NCBI GenBank assembly: GCA_030637025.1
Contig: DAOVVV010000014.1
Span: 1 to 59,416, forward strand
Direction of reading: 5' to 3'
Source of the DNA: Clostridia bacterium
GTDB taxonomy: Bacteria; CBDUZB01; JAGLHV01
DNA length: 59,416 bases
Under the pieces are notes generated by a model. It was not told the origin of the DNA. It did not search any database and saw only the letters and a program-made list of their open reading frames with translations. Both the position numbers and the translations under genes were made by a program. Shown piece after piece: positions 28,950-37,900 of the stretch (its first letter is position 1; each line of letters opens with the position of its first letter).

Positions 28950-28979
28950 AAAAACCCCGCCACAAAAACAATGGCGGGT
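28950..28979 (-). terminator. Intrinsic terminator-like hairpin about 40 nt upstream of the first EPS gene
   Basis: CCCGCCA-9 nt-TGGCGGG followed by GTTTTT on the minus strand. Confidence 0.65.
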
Positions 28980-29061
28980 AGATACTTTTTATATAATTTT
29001 AAAAGTTTATAAGACACAAACTTCCTGACTCAAACCTCTAACCACCAAGTTTTTCAAAAAT

Positions 29062-29091
29062 ATTGTAGCATATTTGGTCAAAAAGTGTCAA
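29062..29091 (-). promoter_or_regulatory. Putative sigma70 promoter of the EPS operon
   Basis: TTGACA-18 nt-TACAAT with extended -10 TG. Confidence 0.6.
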
Positions 29092-29112
29092 GAATTTCTT
29101 TTGGCAAATTTT

Positions 29113-29439
29113 TTACAATAGTTTACCTATAGCACTATTACCATCTTCTGACATTAAGTCTCTATACTTTCTTATTTCTTTTTTGTAGATTTCTAACTCT
29201 TCATTCCTCTTTTCTATTTCCTTTTTATATTTTGCATTAAATCTCATGCTTTTTATAATTCCAAACAAGAAAGACATGGACGTTGCTATTAATAAGGGAA
29301 TAATTACCAAAAAAAGTATGGGACAATTCTTAATTTCCCAGATAAAAAATTTTATATTTACGACTACAGGGTTTTGAATGATAAATATAACCACAATTAT
29401 AAAAAACAAAAAACCGGTATAAAATTTAAAACGAGTCAT
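29113..29439 (-). CDS. LapA-family membrane protein
   Basis: IFIIQNPVVVNIKFFIW, second TM, then coiled coil. Confidence 0.75.
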   Translation of the reverse strand: MTRFKFYTGFLFFIIVVIFIIQNPVVVNIKFFIWEIKNCPILFLVIIPLLIATSMSFLFGIIKSMRFNAKYKKEIEKRNEELEIYKKEIRKYRDLMSEDGNSAIGKLL

Positions 29440-29485
29440 TGTTGTTCCCCTTTTTTACATAGATTCCATTTATCCCAAAATAACC

Positions 29486-29586
29486 TCTCCGCAGCAAGAT
29501 CAATCAATGTCACTCCTGCGAAAGCAGGAGTCTATCCCTGTAGATTCCCGCTTTCGCGGGAATGACACAACAAGCTGCGGGGAATT
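29486..29586. repeat. Palindrome doublet nested in a CCGCAGCAAGCTGCGG hairpin
   Basis: Inverted pair at 29509-29532 and 29543-29566; CAAG duplicated at 29495-29498 and 29571-29574. Confidence 0.75.
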
Positions 29587-30184
29587 AAACTTGAATTAAA
29601 TCAAGAATGTTTATGTTTAATTTTTTAAGTAATTGCTTTAGCTTAAATAAAGGCAAACCTAATATATTAAAATAAGAACCCCGGATATCATCAAAAATAA
29701 TAGCCCCGGCCCCTTCTATAGAAAACCCGCCTGCTTTATCGTAAGATTTTAAGATTTTTAAATATTTTTCAATCTCACTGTCCGAAAGGGGTTTTACTTT
29801 TAATCCGGACACCTGCACCCCTGATACCGTTTTACCTGCCGGCATATCAATTAAGCAAAGGCCGGTATAAACAGCAATTGTATTCCCGCTAAAAAGATGT
29901 AAAAATCTTTTTGCTTCTTTCCTGTTTTTGGGTTTACCTATAATTTCATTCTTCACTATTACTAAGCTGTCCGCTCCGATAATAATACCTTCTTTAACTT
30001 TTTGGGCCACTGCATATGCTTTTTTATGTGCATTGCTAATAGTTAAATCCTTTATGTGTTTACCGTTTTTAAATTCTTCTTTCACTGCGGAAACAACAAC
30101 TCGATGTTTTATGCCGCAAGCACTGAGTATTTCTGTACGTTTTTTAGACGCAGAAGCTAAAATAACCGGTTTTTTTTTCATCAA
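29585..30184 (-). CDS. maf: Maf-family nucleoside triphosphate pyrophosphatase
   Basis: ILASAS..R, IIGADS, IGKP, DKAGGFSIEG, NILGLP. Confidence 0.9.
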   Translation of the reverse strand: MMKKKPVILASASKKRTEILSACGIKHRVVVSAVKEEFKNGKHIKDLTISNAHKKAYAVAQKVKEGIIIGADSLVIVKNEIIGKPKNRKEAKRFLHLFSGNTIAVYTGLCLIDMPAGKTVSGVQVSGLKVKPLSDSEIEKYLKILKSYDKAGGFSIEGAGAIIFDDIRGSYFNILGLPLFKLKQLLKKLNINILDLIQV

Positions 30185-30193
30185 TTATATTTT

Positions 30194-32170
30194 TTACTTT
30201 CCTTTTACTTTTTTTACTCTTGCTAAAAATTTTAGTGCTTGTTCATTAGTGGGATCTAAATTAAGAATCTCTGTTAAAACTTCAATAGACTTTTCGTATC
30301 TATTCTCAAAATAATAATCCTCTGCTTTCTTAAGAAGGTTGTCTATTTTTTTATAGTCTATCTGTTGACTAACAGGACTGCTCTCCGAAATATGTTGTTT
30401 ATTCTTTTTTATTTTTTTAAGCTTTTTTCGTGCCAGAGCAATACCTTTTTTTGCTTCCTGATTACCTGCATCCAACTTTAACACAGATACGAATTTTTCT
30501 ATTGCTTTATTTAAGTTTTTCGCTCTTAATTCTCTTCTTCCTTCTACAAGCTGTTCCTGAATCAAACCTCTTATTTTCTTTCCGGCCTGTATTATTCTTT
30601 TCTTTATTGCTTCACTTCCGGGATTATCCCCTAATGCCTGTTCCCATTCTTTTATTGCCTGTAAGTACTCCTTGTTTTGATAATGCCTGTCTCCTAATCG
30701 AACAGGAATAGGTATTCTTTTTTGCTTTTCCTGTCTTACTTTTTCAATATATTCATTTAGTTTTTTAAAGCCCGGATTTATGATTAAAATTTTCTTCCAT
30801 TCTATAATAGTATCATTATATCTTCCGCTTGCATAAATATTTAAGCCTCGCTCAAAATGAAATTTTGCTTTTTCACCAAGATTAACAGTTCCTATCATTT
30901 TATTTTTTACTTCCTCCGCCTGTAATATCGCATCTTTATATAAAGGATTTATTTTTAATACCTGTTTGAATTTTTTATAAGCTTTAAGATATTCTCCTTC
31001 CTGAATAAATCTTATTCCTCCGGCAAAAAAGCGTACTTCTCTTTCTTTGTTTATTTCTTTTTCTATCTCTTTTATACTTTCTTTTATTTTACTTTCTAAT
31101 TTTTCGTCTCCACTCATTCGTGTCCAGGGTAACGCCTCCTTCTTCCAAATATCCACTGCTTCCTGATAACATTTTTCCTTTGCTCTTTTCTGTCCTTCTT
31201 TATAATATTTTTCTGCTTGAATTTTTTTTCCTTTTCGCTCCTCTTGCTGGACTTTTCTCCCTTCTTCTTCCAGAGAAGACCCAAATCGAGTGGTAAAAGA
31301 AAAACGATGGGTTTCTCCTAATTGATGAGGAGCAAAAGCATAATCACAGTTAAAATTACGATACTTGACCCCTAATCCCGCAGTAAGATTATCCTCATTA
31401 TATCCACCCCTTAAGGCAAATCTATTCTCAATCCAATATTCTAACCCATAATGTTGTTTAGTAGTTAATCCTTCCGTTTCATCTACATCAACGGCTAAAA
31501 TTATTTTGTTATTATGCCGGGGCAGTACATTGCATAAATGGTAAGCTACTCCAATCTTAGCATTTAAAGGATATTTTTCTTCTACTGATTTTAATTTTAA
31601 AACCGGGGATAAAGCATTTTGAAAATTAACTGCTGTGGAAATATTTGCATTGATGTTCCATAAAAAACCAACATCTATACCCCATCCCGTATCAGAATAT
31701 ATATCTATCTTTTGGTTTATTGCTTTAAAATTTATTCCGGCGGATATCGCTTTGGAAATATTTCTACTGTAAGCAGCTAAAAAAGCTATTTGTGTATCAC
31801 TAAAAGTAGAAACCTGGGCCAAAGGACCTTCTCTTTTTTCAATTTCCCCTGTAGAAAGACGAATAATCCCTACTCCAAAAGTTCCCAGTTCAGCAAAAGG
31901 ATGAACATAGTTTAAAGAATCATACAGGGTATCTTCCCATAAATTAATGTGTAATCCCGTAACTTCCGGTTTGGATAGAAAAGTAAGACCGGCCGGATTC
32001 CAATAAACAGCATTAGCATCGTCCGCCACTGCACAAAAAGCACTACCCATTCCTAAAGCACGGGCACCTGTACCCATAGTAAGAAAAGACCCTTTTGTAT
32101 TGGCATCAACATTATCGGCACAAATTATCAAGGAAATAAATCCCATTACAAAAAGAGTAAATTTTTTCAA
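30194..32170 (-). CDS. PorV/PorQ-like beta-barrel with C-terminal TPR repeats
   Basis: GARALGMGSAFCAVADDANAVYWNPAGL; DYAF..LGETHRFS; TPRs such as KQVLKINP and EILNLDPTN. Confidence 0.85.
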   Translation of the reverse strand: MKKFTLFVMGFISLIICADNVDANTKGSFLTMGTGARALGMGSAFCAVADDANAVYWNPAGLTFLSKPEVTGLHINLWEDTLYDSLNYVHPFAELGTFGVGIIRLSTGEIEKREGPLAQVSTFSDTQIAFLAAYSRNISKAISAGINFKAINQKIDIYSDTGWGIDVGFLWNINANISTAVNFQNALSPVLKLKSVEEKYPLNAKIGVAYHLCNVLPRHNNKIILAVDVDETEGLTTKQHYGLEYWIENRFALRGGYNEDNLTAGLGVKYRNFNCDYAFAPHQLGETHRFSFTTRFGSSLEEEGRKVQQEERKGKKIQAEKYYKEGQKRAKEKCYQEAVDIWKKEALPWTRMSGDEKLESKIKESIKEIEKEINKEREVRFFAGGIRFIQEGEYLKAYKKFKQVLKINPLYKDAILQAEEVKNKMIGTVNLGEKAKFHFERGLNIYASGRYNDTIIEWKKILIINPGFKKLNEYIEKVRQEKQKRIPIPVRLGDRHYQNKEYLQAIKEWEQALGDNPGSEAIKKRIIQAGKKIRGLIQEQLVEGRRELRAKNLNKAIEKFVSVLKLDAGNQEAKKGIALARKKLKKIKKNKQHISESSPVSQQIDYKKIDNLLKKAEDYYFENRYEKSIEVLTEILNLDPTNEQALKFLARVKKVKGK

Positions 32171-32221
32171 ATTTCCCCCATTTTAACCCTTTAGTTGAAT
32201 AGTTTAATTTATAGATAAAAC

Positions 32222-32410
32222 AAAAAATAAATCCGAAATTCTAAACAAAGGATAAATCCCCCTAACCCCCTTTTCCAAAGGGGGGAACTCAATGAGGACT
32301 GTCGCTTTGCTCCAGCAAAACAAAAGACAAAAAATAGTCCATAGTCCACAGTCCATAGATAAAGACAACAAAATAAATTATAAATCCGAAATAAAGATAA
32401 AAAACTAACT
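32222..32410. repeat. Mosaic repeat block
   Basis: CCCCCTTT..AAAGGGGG hairpin; GACTGTCGCTTTGCTCCAG (inverted copy at 57428-57446); AGTCCAT module at 32334-32359. Confidence 0.75.
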
Positions 32411-32431
32411 GCTGAAATATATGCTAAAAGT

Positions 32432-33937
32432 TTATTTTACAATACTTATTTTTATCGTTTCTTTCTTAATATCTGTCTTAACCAGGCAAAAGTAAGTCCC
32501 GTTAGCAACCACATTTCCATCCTTATCCCGGCCATCCCATTGAAAAGCGGAATTAATTCCTCCCCCCGCCTCTACTTTCCATTCATTTACTAAATTCCCG
32601 GTAAGGGTATATATCTTTATTTGGGCCTTTCCTGTTTTACCCATATAAAATTGAATAGTGGTTGTTCCCTGATGAGGATCAAAGGGATTAGGATAATTTA
32701 TGGAACGATAACTGTTCTCTTCTCCCTGTACTATGACCCCTTGTCCCCCGCAAATAATGCAGTTAACAGTATCCGCCATCATTATTGTCTGATAGCCGGG
32801 TGTTTTAAAAGTTATTGCTTCGGGAAAAAATTTGTTAAGTTCGCCTTCGCTAAAAGTATAATTTTCCGCTAAAATCGCCTGACTATCCGTAGAAGTAAAT
32901 TGTGTTGTTCCGGAATAAGTGAATACATTCCGATAAGGTTCGTATACCTCTACCCTGATATCTGCCGACGTTTCCACCGGCATATCCTGCGGCAATGAAA
33001 ACTTAAATTTAACCCCCGGTTGTATAGTAAAAGAATTAGTTTCTTTTTCTTCTCCTTCATTGCTTATTTTTAATTTTCTATCCTCCTCTGCACAACACAA
33101 AATAACCGCAAATATTTTCTCCCCTCCATCGCTAATCCCCTGCCAGTATTCAGCAGTCGGATAGAAAGGAACTGTTCCGTCCGGGGCATTACCCGGGGCA
33201 AAAACACCGTCGGCTCCGGTTACAAACACCATTCCCCCTGAATAATCCAGGTCAAGATTGCCATAATTATCTAACATCTGTATTCTCACTTCAAAGGGAC
33301 CCCCAGCCATTTGCGTACCAATAGTATTAATTTCATAATGAGTTTTTGTTACAGTTACGGTATCAATACCAACAGAATTAAGTGCTCTGCCCCCGGAAAA
33401 AACAATCACAGGATCATCACTCAAACTTGCCCCCGCTTTTATATGAACAGTACCGGATATTTGAACATCTACTGTCTGTAAGTCTGTCACTAATGTTTTT
33501 AAATCATAGGTAACAAAAAAATATCCCTCACCCCCAGTAGATATTGGATACCCGGGAGAAAAACAAACTGTAGCCGGTGAGCCGGAATTGAATGTTTGTG
33601 TATCCTTAAGTACAGATTCAGACGGATCAAAAACAGAATCATTATCAACCCAAATCTTAACTGTGTTTGCCTTAATACATAAGGCTGTGTCGGGATTGCC
33701 ACAAAAAGTAAGCGTAATTTTATCAACAGTATAAATATCTGATGAAGATTTATTTTCTGCTTTTAGTATTAAAATCAATTGTTCTTCTGTTCCCGGAAAA
33801 ACATCTTTATCTCCTACTAAAAGCGATGACCAGACAAAATCAGAAGCCCATCCCGACTTTATTCCCACCATCAGTAAATAAAAAGTAAAAAATAATATAC
33901 TTAATGCTTTCCAGCCATTACTCCTCACATGGGTCAT
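32432..33937 (-). CDS. Secreted protein with T9SS-like / FlgD-Ig C-terminal domain
   Basis: Signal peptide; NYPNPF..IKIYTLTGNLV..WDGRDKDGNVVANGTY. Confidence 0.8.
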   Translation of the reverse strand: MTHVRSNGWKALSILFFTFYLLMVGIKSGWASDFVWSSLLVGDKDVFPGTEEQLILILKAENKSSSDIYTVDKITLTFCGNPDTALCIKANTVKIWVDNDSVFDPSESVLKDTQTFNSGSPATVCFSPGYPISTGGEGYFFVTYDLKTLVTDLQTVDVQISGTVHIKAGASLSDDPVIVFSGGRALNSVGIDTVTVTKTHYEINTIGTQMAGGPFEVRIQMLDNYGNLDLDYSGGMVFVTGADGVFAPGNAPDGTVPFYPTAEYWQGISDGGEKIFAVILCCAEEDRKLKISNEGEEKETNSFTIQPGVKFKFSLPQDMPVETSADIRVEVYEPYRNVFTYSGTTQFTSTDSQAILAENYTFSEGELNKFFPEAITFKTPGYQTIMMADTVNCIICGGQGVIVQGEENSYRSINYPNPFDPHQGTTTIQFYMGKTGKAQIKIYTLTGNLVNEWKVEAGGGINSAFQWDGRDKDGNVVANGTYFCLVKTDIKKETIKISIVK

Positions 33938-33967
33938 ATTCTACCCCCCCGAACTACTTCGGTAATA

Positions 33968-34121
33968 AGAGTTCTGCAAAATAACAGATTCTGTCATTCC
34001 GCTCCGCCTCATCCGCCTTAGGCGGAGGATGATGCGGAATCTATAATGTTCTTAAATATCAATAGATTCCTGCTTTCGCAGGAATGACAATAAAGCTAAA
34101 AAGGCTATTTTGCAGAAGTCT
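33968..34121. mobile_element. Second copy of the 783-912 MITE, with an extra nested TCCGCC..GGCGGA palindrome
   Basis: Same TIRs and body; ACTT of copy 1 is replaced by TCCGCCTCATCCGCCTTAGGCGGAGGAT. Confidence 0.8.
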
Positions 34122-34129
34122 AACATTGG

Positions 34130-34255
34130 TAATGTCAAAAATGTTCAGTCTCGCCTCGGCGAAACATGGGTAATTCATTTTGTTAAAAGTACTTGTTTTC
34201 CCCCTTTTTCAAAGGGGGAAATTGCTTACCATTTCTCTCATTTTTTTTGACATTA
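34130..34255. mobile_element. Further MITE-like element
   Basis: 12-bp TIR TAATGTCAAAAA / TTTTTGACATTA; 34129-34176 matches 57306-57353 at 44/48 nt. Confidence 0.6.
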
Positions 34256-34280
34256 GTTCTACTTCCATACAATTTTACCA

Positions 34281-34309
34281 ATTATAACAAACATAAAAGA
34301 GAAATTCAA
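34281..34309 (-). promoter_or_regulatory. Putative sigma70 promoter
   Basis: TTGAAT-17 nt-TATAAT with extended -10 TG. Confidence 0.6.
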
Positions 34310-34327
34310 TTGAAAACAGAAGTAAAA

Positions 34328-34693
34328 TCAATTATTTGCTTTTTCCAGTAAGGCCCATAATTTATTCATATTTATGGGTTTCTGGATAATTTCAAAATTA
34401 ACATTTCTCAGTTTTTCTTTATAAAAAGCATCGTCGGCAAAAGCGGTAACCATTATAACCATTATATCCGGAACAATTCCCCTTAAAGTTTTTAAAGTAT
34501 CTACACCGTCTATTCCCGGCATTTTAATATCTAAAAGAACCACATCAAACCCATTATTCTTAACTAATTCTATTGCCTGATATCCATCTCCCACTTCAAC
34601 AACTTCATATCCTTTTAACTGCAGAATATCAAATAAATTATTCCGTAATTTTTCATTGTCGTCTACTATTAATATTTTAAGTTTTTCAGACAA
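34328..34693 (-). CDS. Single-domain response regulator
   Basis: ILIVDD, LLDIKMPGIDG, MVTA, QKP. Confidence 0.9.
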   Translation of the reverse strand: MSEKLKILIVDDNEKLRNNLFDILQLKGYEVVEVGDGYQAIELVKNNGFDVVLLDIKMPGIDGVDTLKTLRGIVPDIMVIMVTAFADDAFYKEKLRNVNFEIIQKPINMNKLWALLEKANN

Positions 34694-34788
34694 TTTTCTT
34701 CTCCTTTATAAAATACTTCCTAAGAGTAGTTGCCCAATGAACTTGTACTGAATGTAATCAAAGTGTGGGGCTAATGAATACTTTTTCG

Positions 34789-34814
34789 ACGGGCGTCATA
34801 AATGTCGCCCCTAC
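34789..34814 (-). repeat. GTAG-type REP-like hairpin
   Basis: 25/26 nt identical to 24481-24506. Confidence 0.8.
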
Positions 34815-34932
34815 AATTGCTTTAAAAATCCGGGTTGTGACACAATCTGCAACCACGAAATGACAAATTTCCCGGATTATTACTTCTTCCTATCATGAGT
34901 GAGAACAAATTTTACAGGAATGCCGACAATCG

Positions 34933-37900
34933 TCAAGCAAGGGGTAAGGTTATAATTACTTCTGTTCCCCGGCCAACTTTAGATTTAATTTTAATACCCC
35001 CTTTATGTTTCTCAAAAATCATTTTACAAATGGAGAGACCAAACCCAAATCCCCGCGTTTTAGTACTAAATAAAGGTTTAAATATTTTATCTACACATTC
35101 CGGATCAATACCCGCTCCGGTATCTATAAACGATATTTCAACCTGTTTATCTGCTTGCCGGAAAACATCTATGTTAAGTACCCCCCCGTCATCACTCATT
35201 GACTCCACCGCATTTTTGATGATATTATTAAAAGCCATATAAAGTTGTTCTTTATCTGCATTTATAAAAATTTCTTCCACGGGAATATTTTTTATTATCT
35301 TTACTTTACTTAATACTTCCGATGAATCAATTGTATAATTAATAACTTCTATCAAATTTATCTTTTCCTTATGAGGATCTTTCATTCCGGAAAGACTTAA
35401 AAGACTGTCAATAATTAAGGCTGATTTTTTTACTTCCGCCTCGATAAATTCAATGTGTTTGCGCAACCCTTCATCTGCCGTTCCCAATTTCATTTTAAGA
35501 TAATAGGCAGAGGTATTAATAATACTCAGAGGGTTGCGAATCTCATGTGATATGCTTCCTGCCAATTGCCCCAGGGTAGCCAAACGCCCTGCCACCAATA
35601 AATCTTCCCGGGTTTTACGCAACTGACGAGTTCTTTGCTCCACCATTTCTTCCAGATGTTCCCTGTGCCGTTTTAAAACAGCTTCCGTCTGCTTCATTCT
35701 TTCTAACAATCGGGCATTATCCAGAGAAATAGCTGCCTGATAAGTAAATAATTTAGTTAAGTCTATTCTTTCCGCGGTAAAAATGGAATCACTTAAACGA
35801 TTTTCCAGATAAAGAATTCCGACTAATTTATTCTGCTTAACAATCTCCAGGCAAAGCACGGACTTAAGCTTCATTTCCTGAACTTCGGGATTATTTTTAA
35901 AAGGCCCTTTTTCCGAAGCATTTTCCAGCAATATCATTTCTTTAGTGCGATATACATAACGAACAATAGCATGACATATATCCGGAAAATCTTCCACCTT
36001 TTGATTTATGGTTTTTACCACGTTTTTTTCCAGAATATGACTCTCAGCACGAATAATCAAATCACCGTTTTCTTCCATAATCAAATATCCATGCTGGGCA
36101 CCGGAACTTTCCAAAACCACATTCATAATTTTGTGTAAAATGACATTTTCTTCTGTTTCCGCCGGAATAACCAGGCAGGATTTCATTAAATAGTTTACAT
36201 CTATATTGGGAAGCACGGGAACAGATTCAAGGGGTGCAGGCAAAAGAACCGGTAAATCTTCCTTAAAATGTTCCGAATATTTTTCCTTCAAACAAATTTC
36301 TTTTTGTTCCGCATGACATTTTTTATATAATCGAATTGCTTCCCTCAAAAAAGAACCTCTTAGATCTTCATAATGAGGTTTTGCTTTTATATATTCTTCC
36401 TCGGGGGTACAAATCCACCATCTATCACAATGAGGCCTTTTCTTCTGGCATTCTTTATACCTGGGACAAATTTTAGCAAAATCAGAAAGATCTGCGATAA
36501 ATTCCCCCAAACATTCATTAAGATACCCTTCTAAAAATGTATAGCGGTATTGACAGGCCAGACTGATGGCATCAAAATATAAATTTCTGGCTTCCCTTAA
36601 GTCTCCCACTACCCGTTCTTTTTCTGCATAAACAAAAACCAGATAAGCTTTCAACAAAGGCCCTAAAGAAGCCCATTTTTCAATCTTCTTTATCAACGGC
36701 TGGATATATGATATTAACTTTTCTTTATCCTTATATTTAATTCCCCGTTCATGCAAACGTAAAGCGTTCAGTACTAAAAAAATATGCCATTGCCGTTTCA
36801 ATACATTATCGGTCAAACCGGTTAAATAATCTTTGACCTTTTGTAAAAACTCCTCAGCTTTTTTATATTCTCCAAAATAATAACAGGAAAAAGCCATATG
36901 CACATAATAACTTCCTACCGAAGCAATATGATTTTCTTTTTCCCATTGTTTTAGTTTTTTCTCCATGGAAACAGGAATATAATCCTTTTTCATTGGTTCT
37001 ACCCAGGAAGCCTGCATTGCCTCTGCCAGATGAACGGAAAAATATAAATGATATTTATTAGAAAATTCCAGACATTCCCGGGCATATTCCTGGATTTTCA
37101 AAAAATCAGCTCCCTGCACCTGTAAATTCCACATCAACGGTCCATAAGAAAGTCCTGCATTATAAAGGTCACCTGAATTTTTACCGCATTGTATGGACTT
37201 TAGACAATAATCAACGATATCTTCCGGATGACTACGGGAATGCATATTACACCAGACTATACCGTTCATTCCCCGGGTAGCGCCAAAAGTATTGGGATAT
37301 TTTTCACATAAATTACGCGCAAGGTCTTCGTATTTAAAAGCTTTTTCAAATTCACCTTTTTCTGCCAAATAAAGGCCCATAATAGAAAAAGAATAAATTA
37401 CCGATTCATCCATTATTCCGGCCAAACATTGCTGAGTTGACTGTACTGCGGAAAGATACAATTGCTCTACAAAACCCGACATATATAAATCCGGAATAAG
37501 TTCACTATAAAAAGATAATTCGATTTTTCCTCTTCGATCCTGAGTAAAGGGCATATTAAGAATTGTCTTCCAGATATCAATATCTTTGGTTTCAATCTCT
37601 TTCATCAGTTGTTCTCTTTTCCGGTCTGCTTTCCGGGAATTAACCGGTATTTTTTTATTAAAATAAGCTAAACCGCGATTGGCAATCTCAATAGCTTTAA
37701 TAAAATTACCAATGGAAGAAAGAGAGGTAGTCTGTTCTGCCAAACATTCTGCTTTATCCAGATCTGTCTTGGCATTATCCAGTAATTGATTGATTAATTT
37801 CTCGGAATTATCATAATTGCCGCACATTAATTCTGTCTTTGCTGCCTTTTGATAAATCTTAAACGTTTCTTCATAATGGGTTGCCCAGCAATCTTCGGGA

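Noticed and set aside
28971-28982. RfaH ops-like GGCGGGTAG
   Set aside because: Wrong strand for the operon and simply one arm of the terminator hairpin
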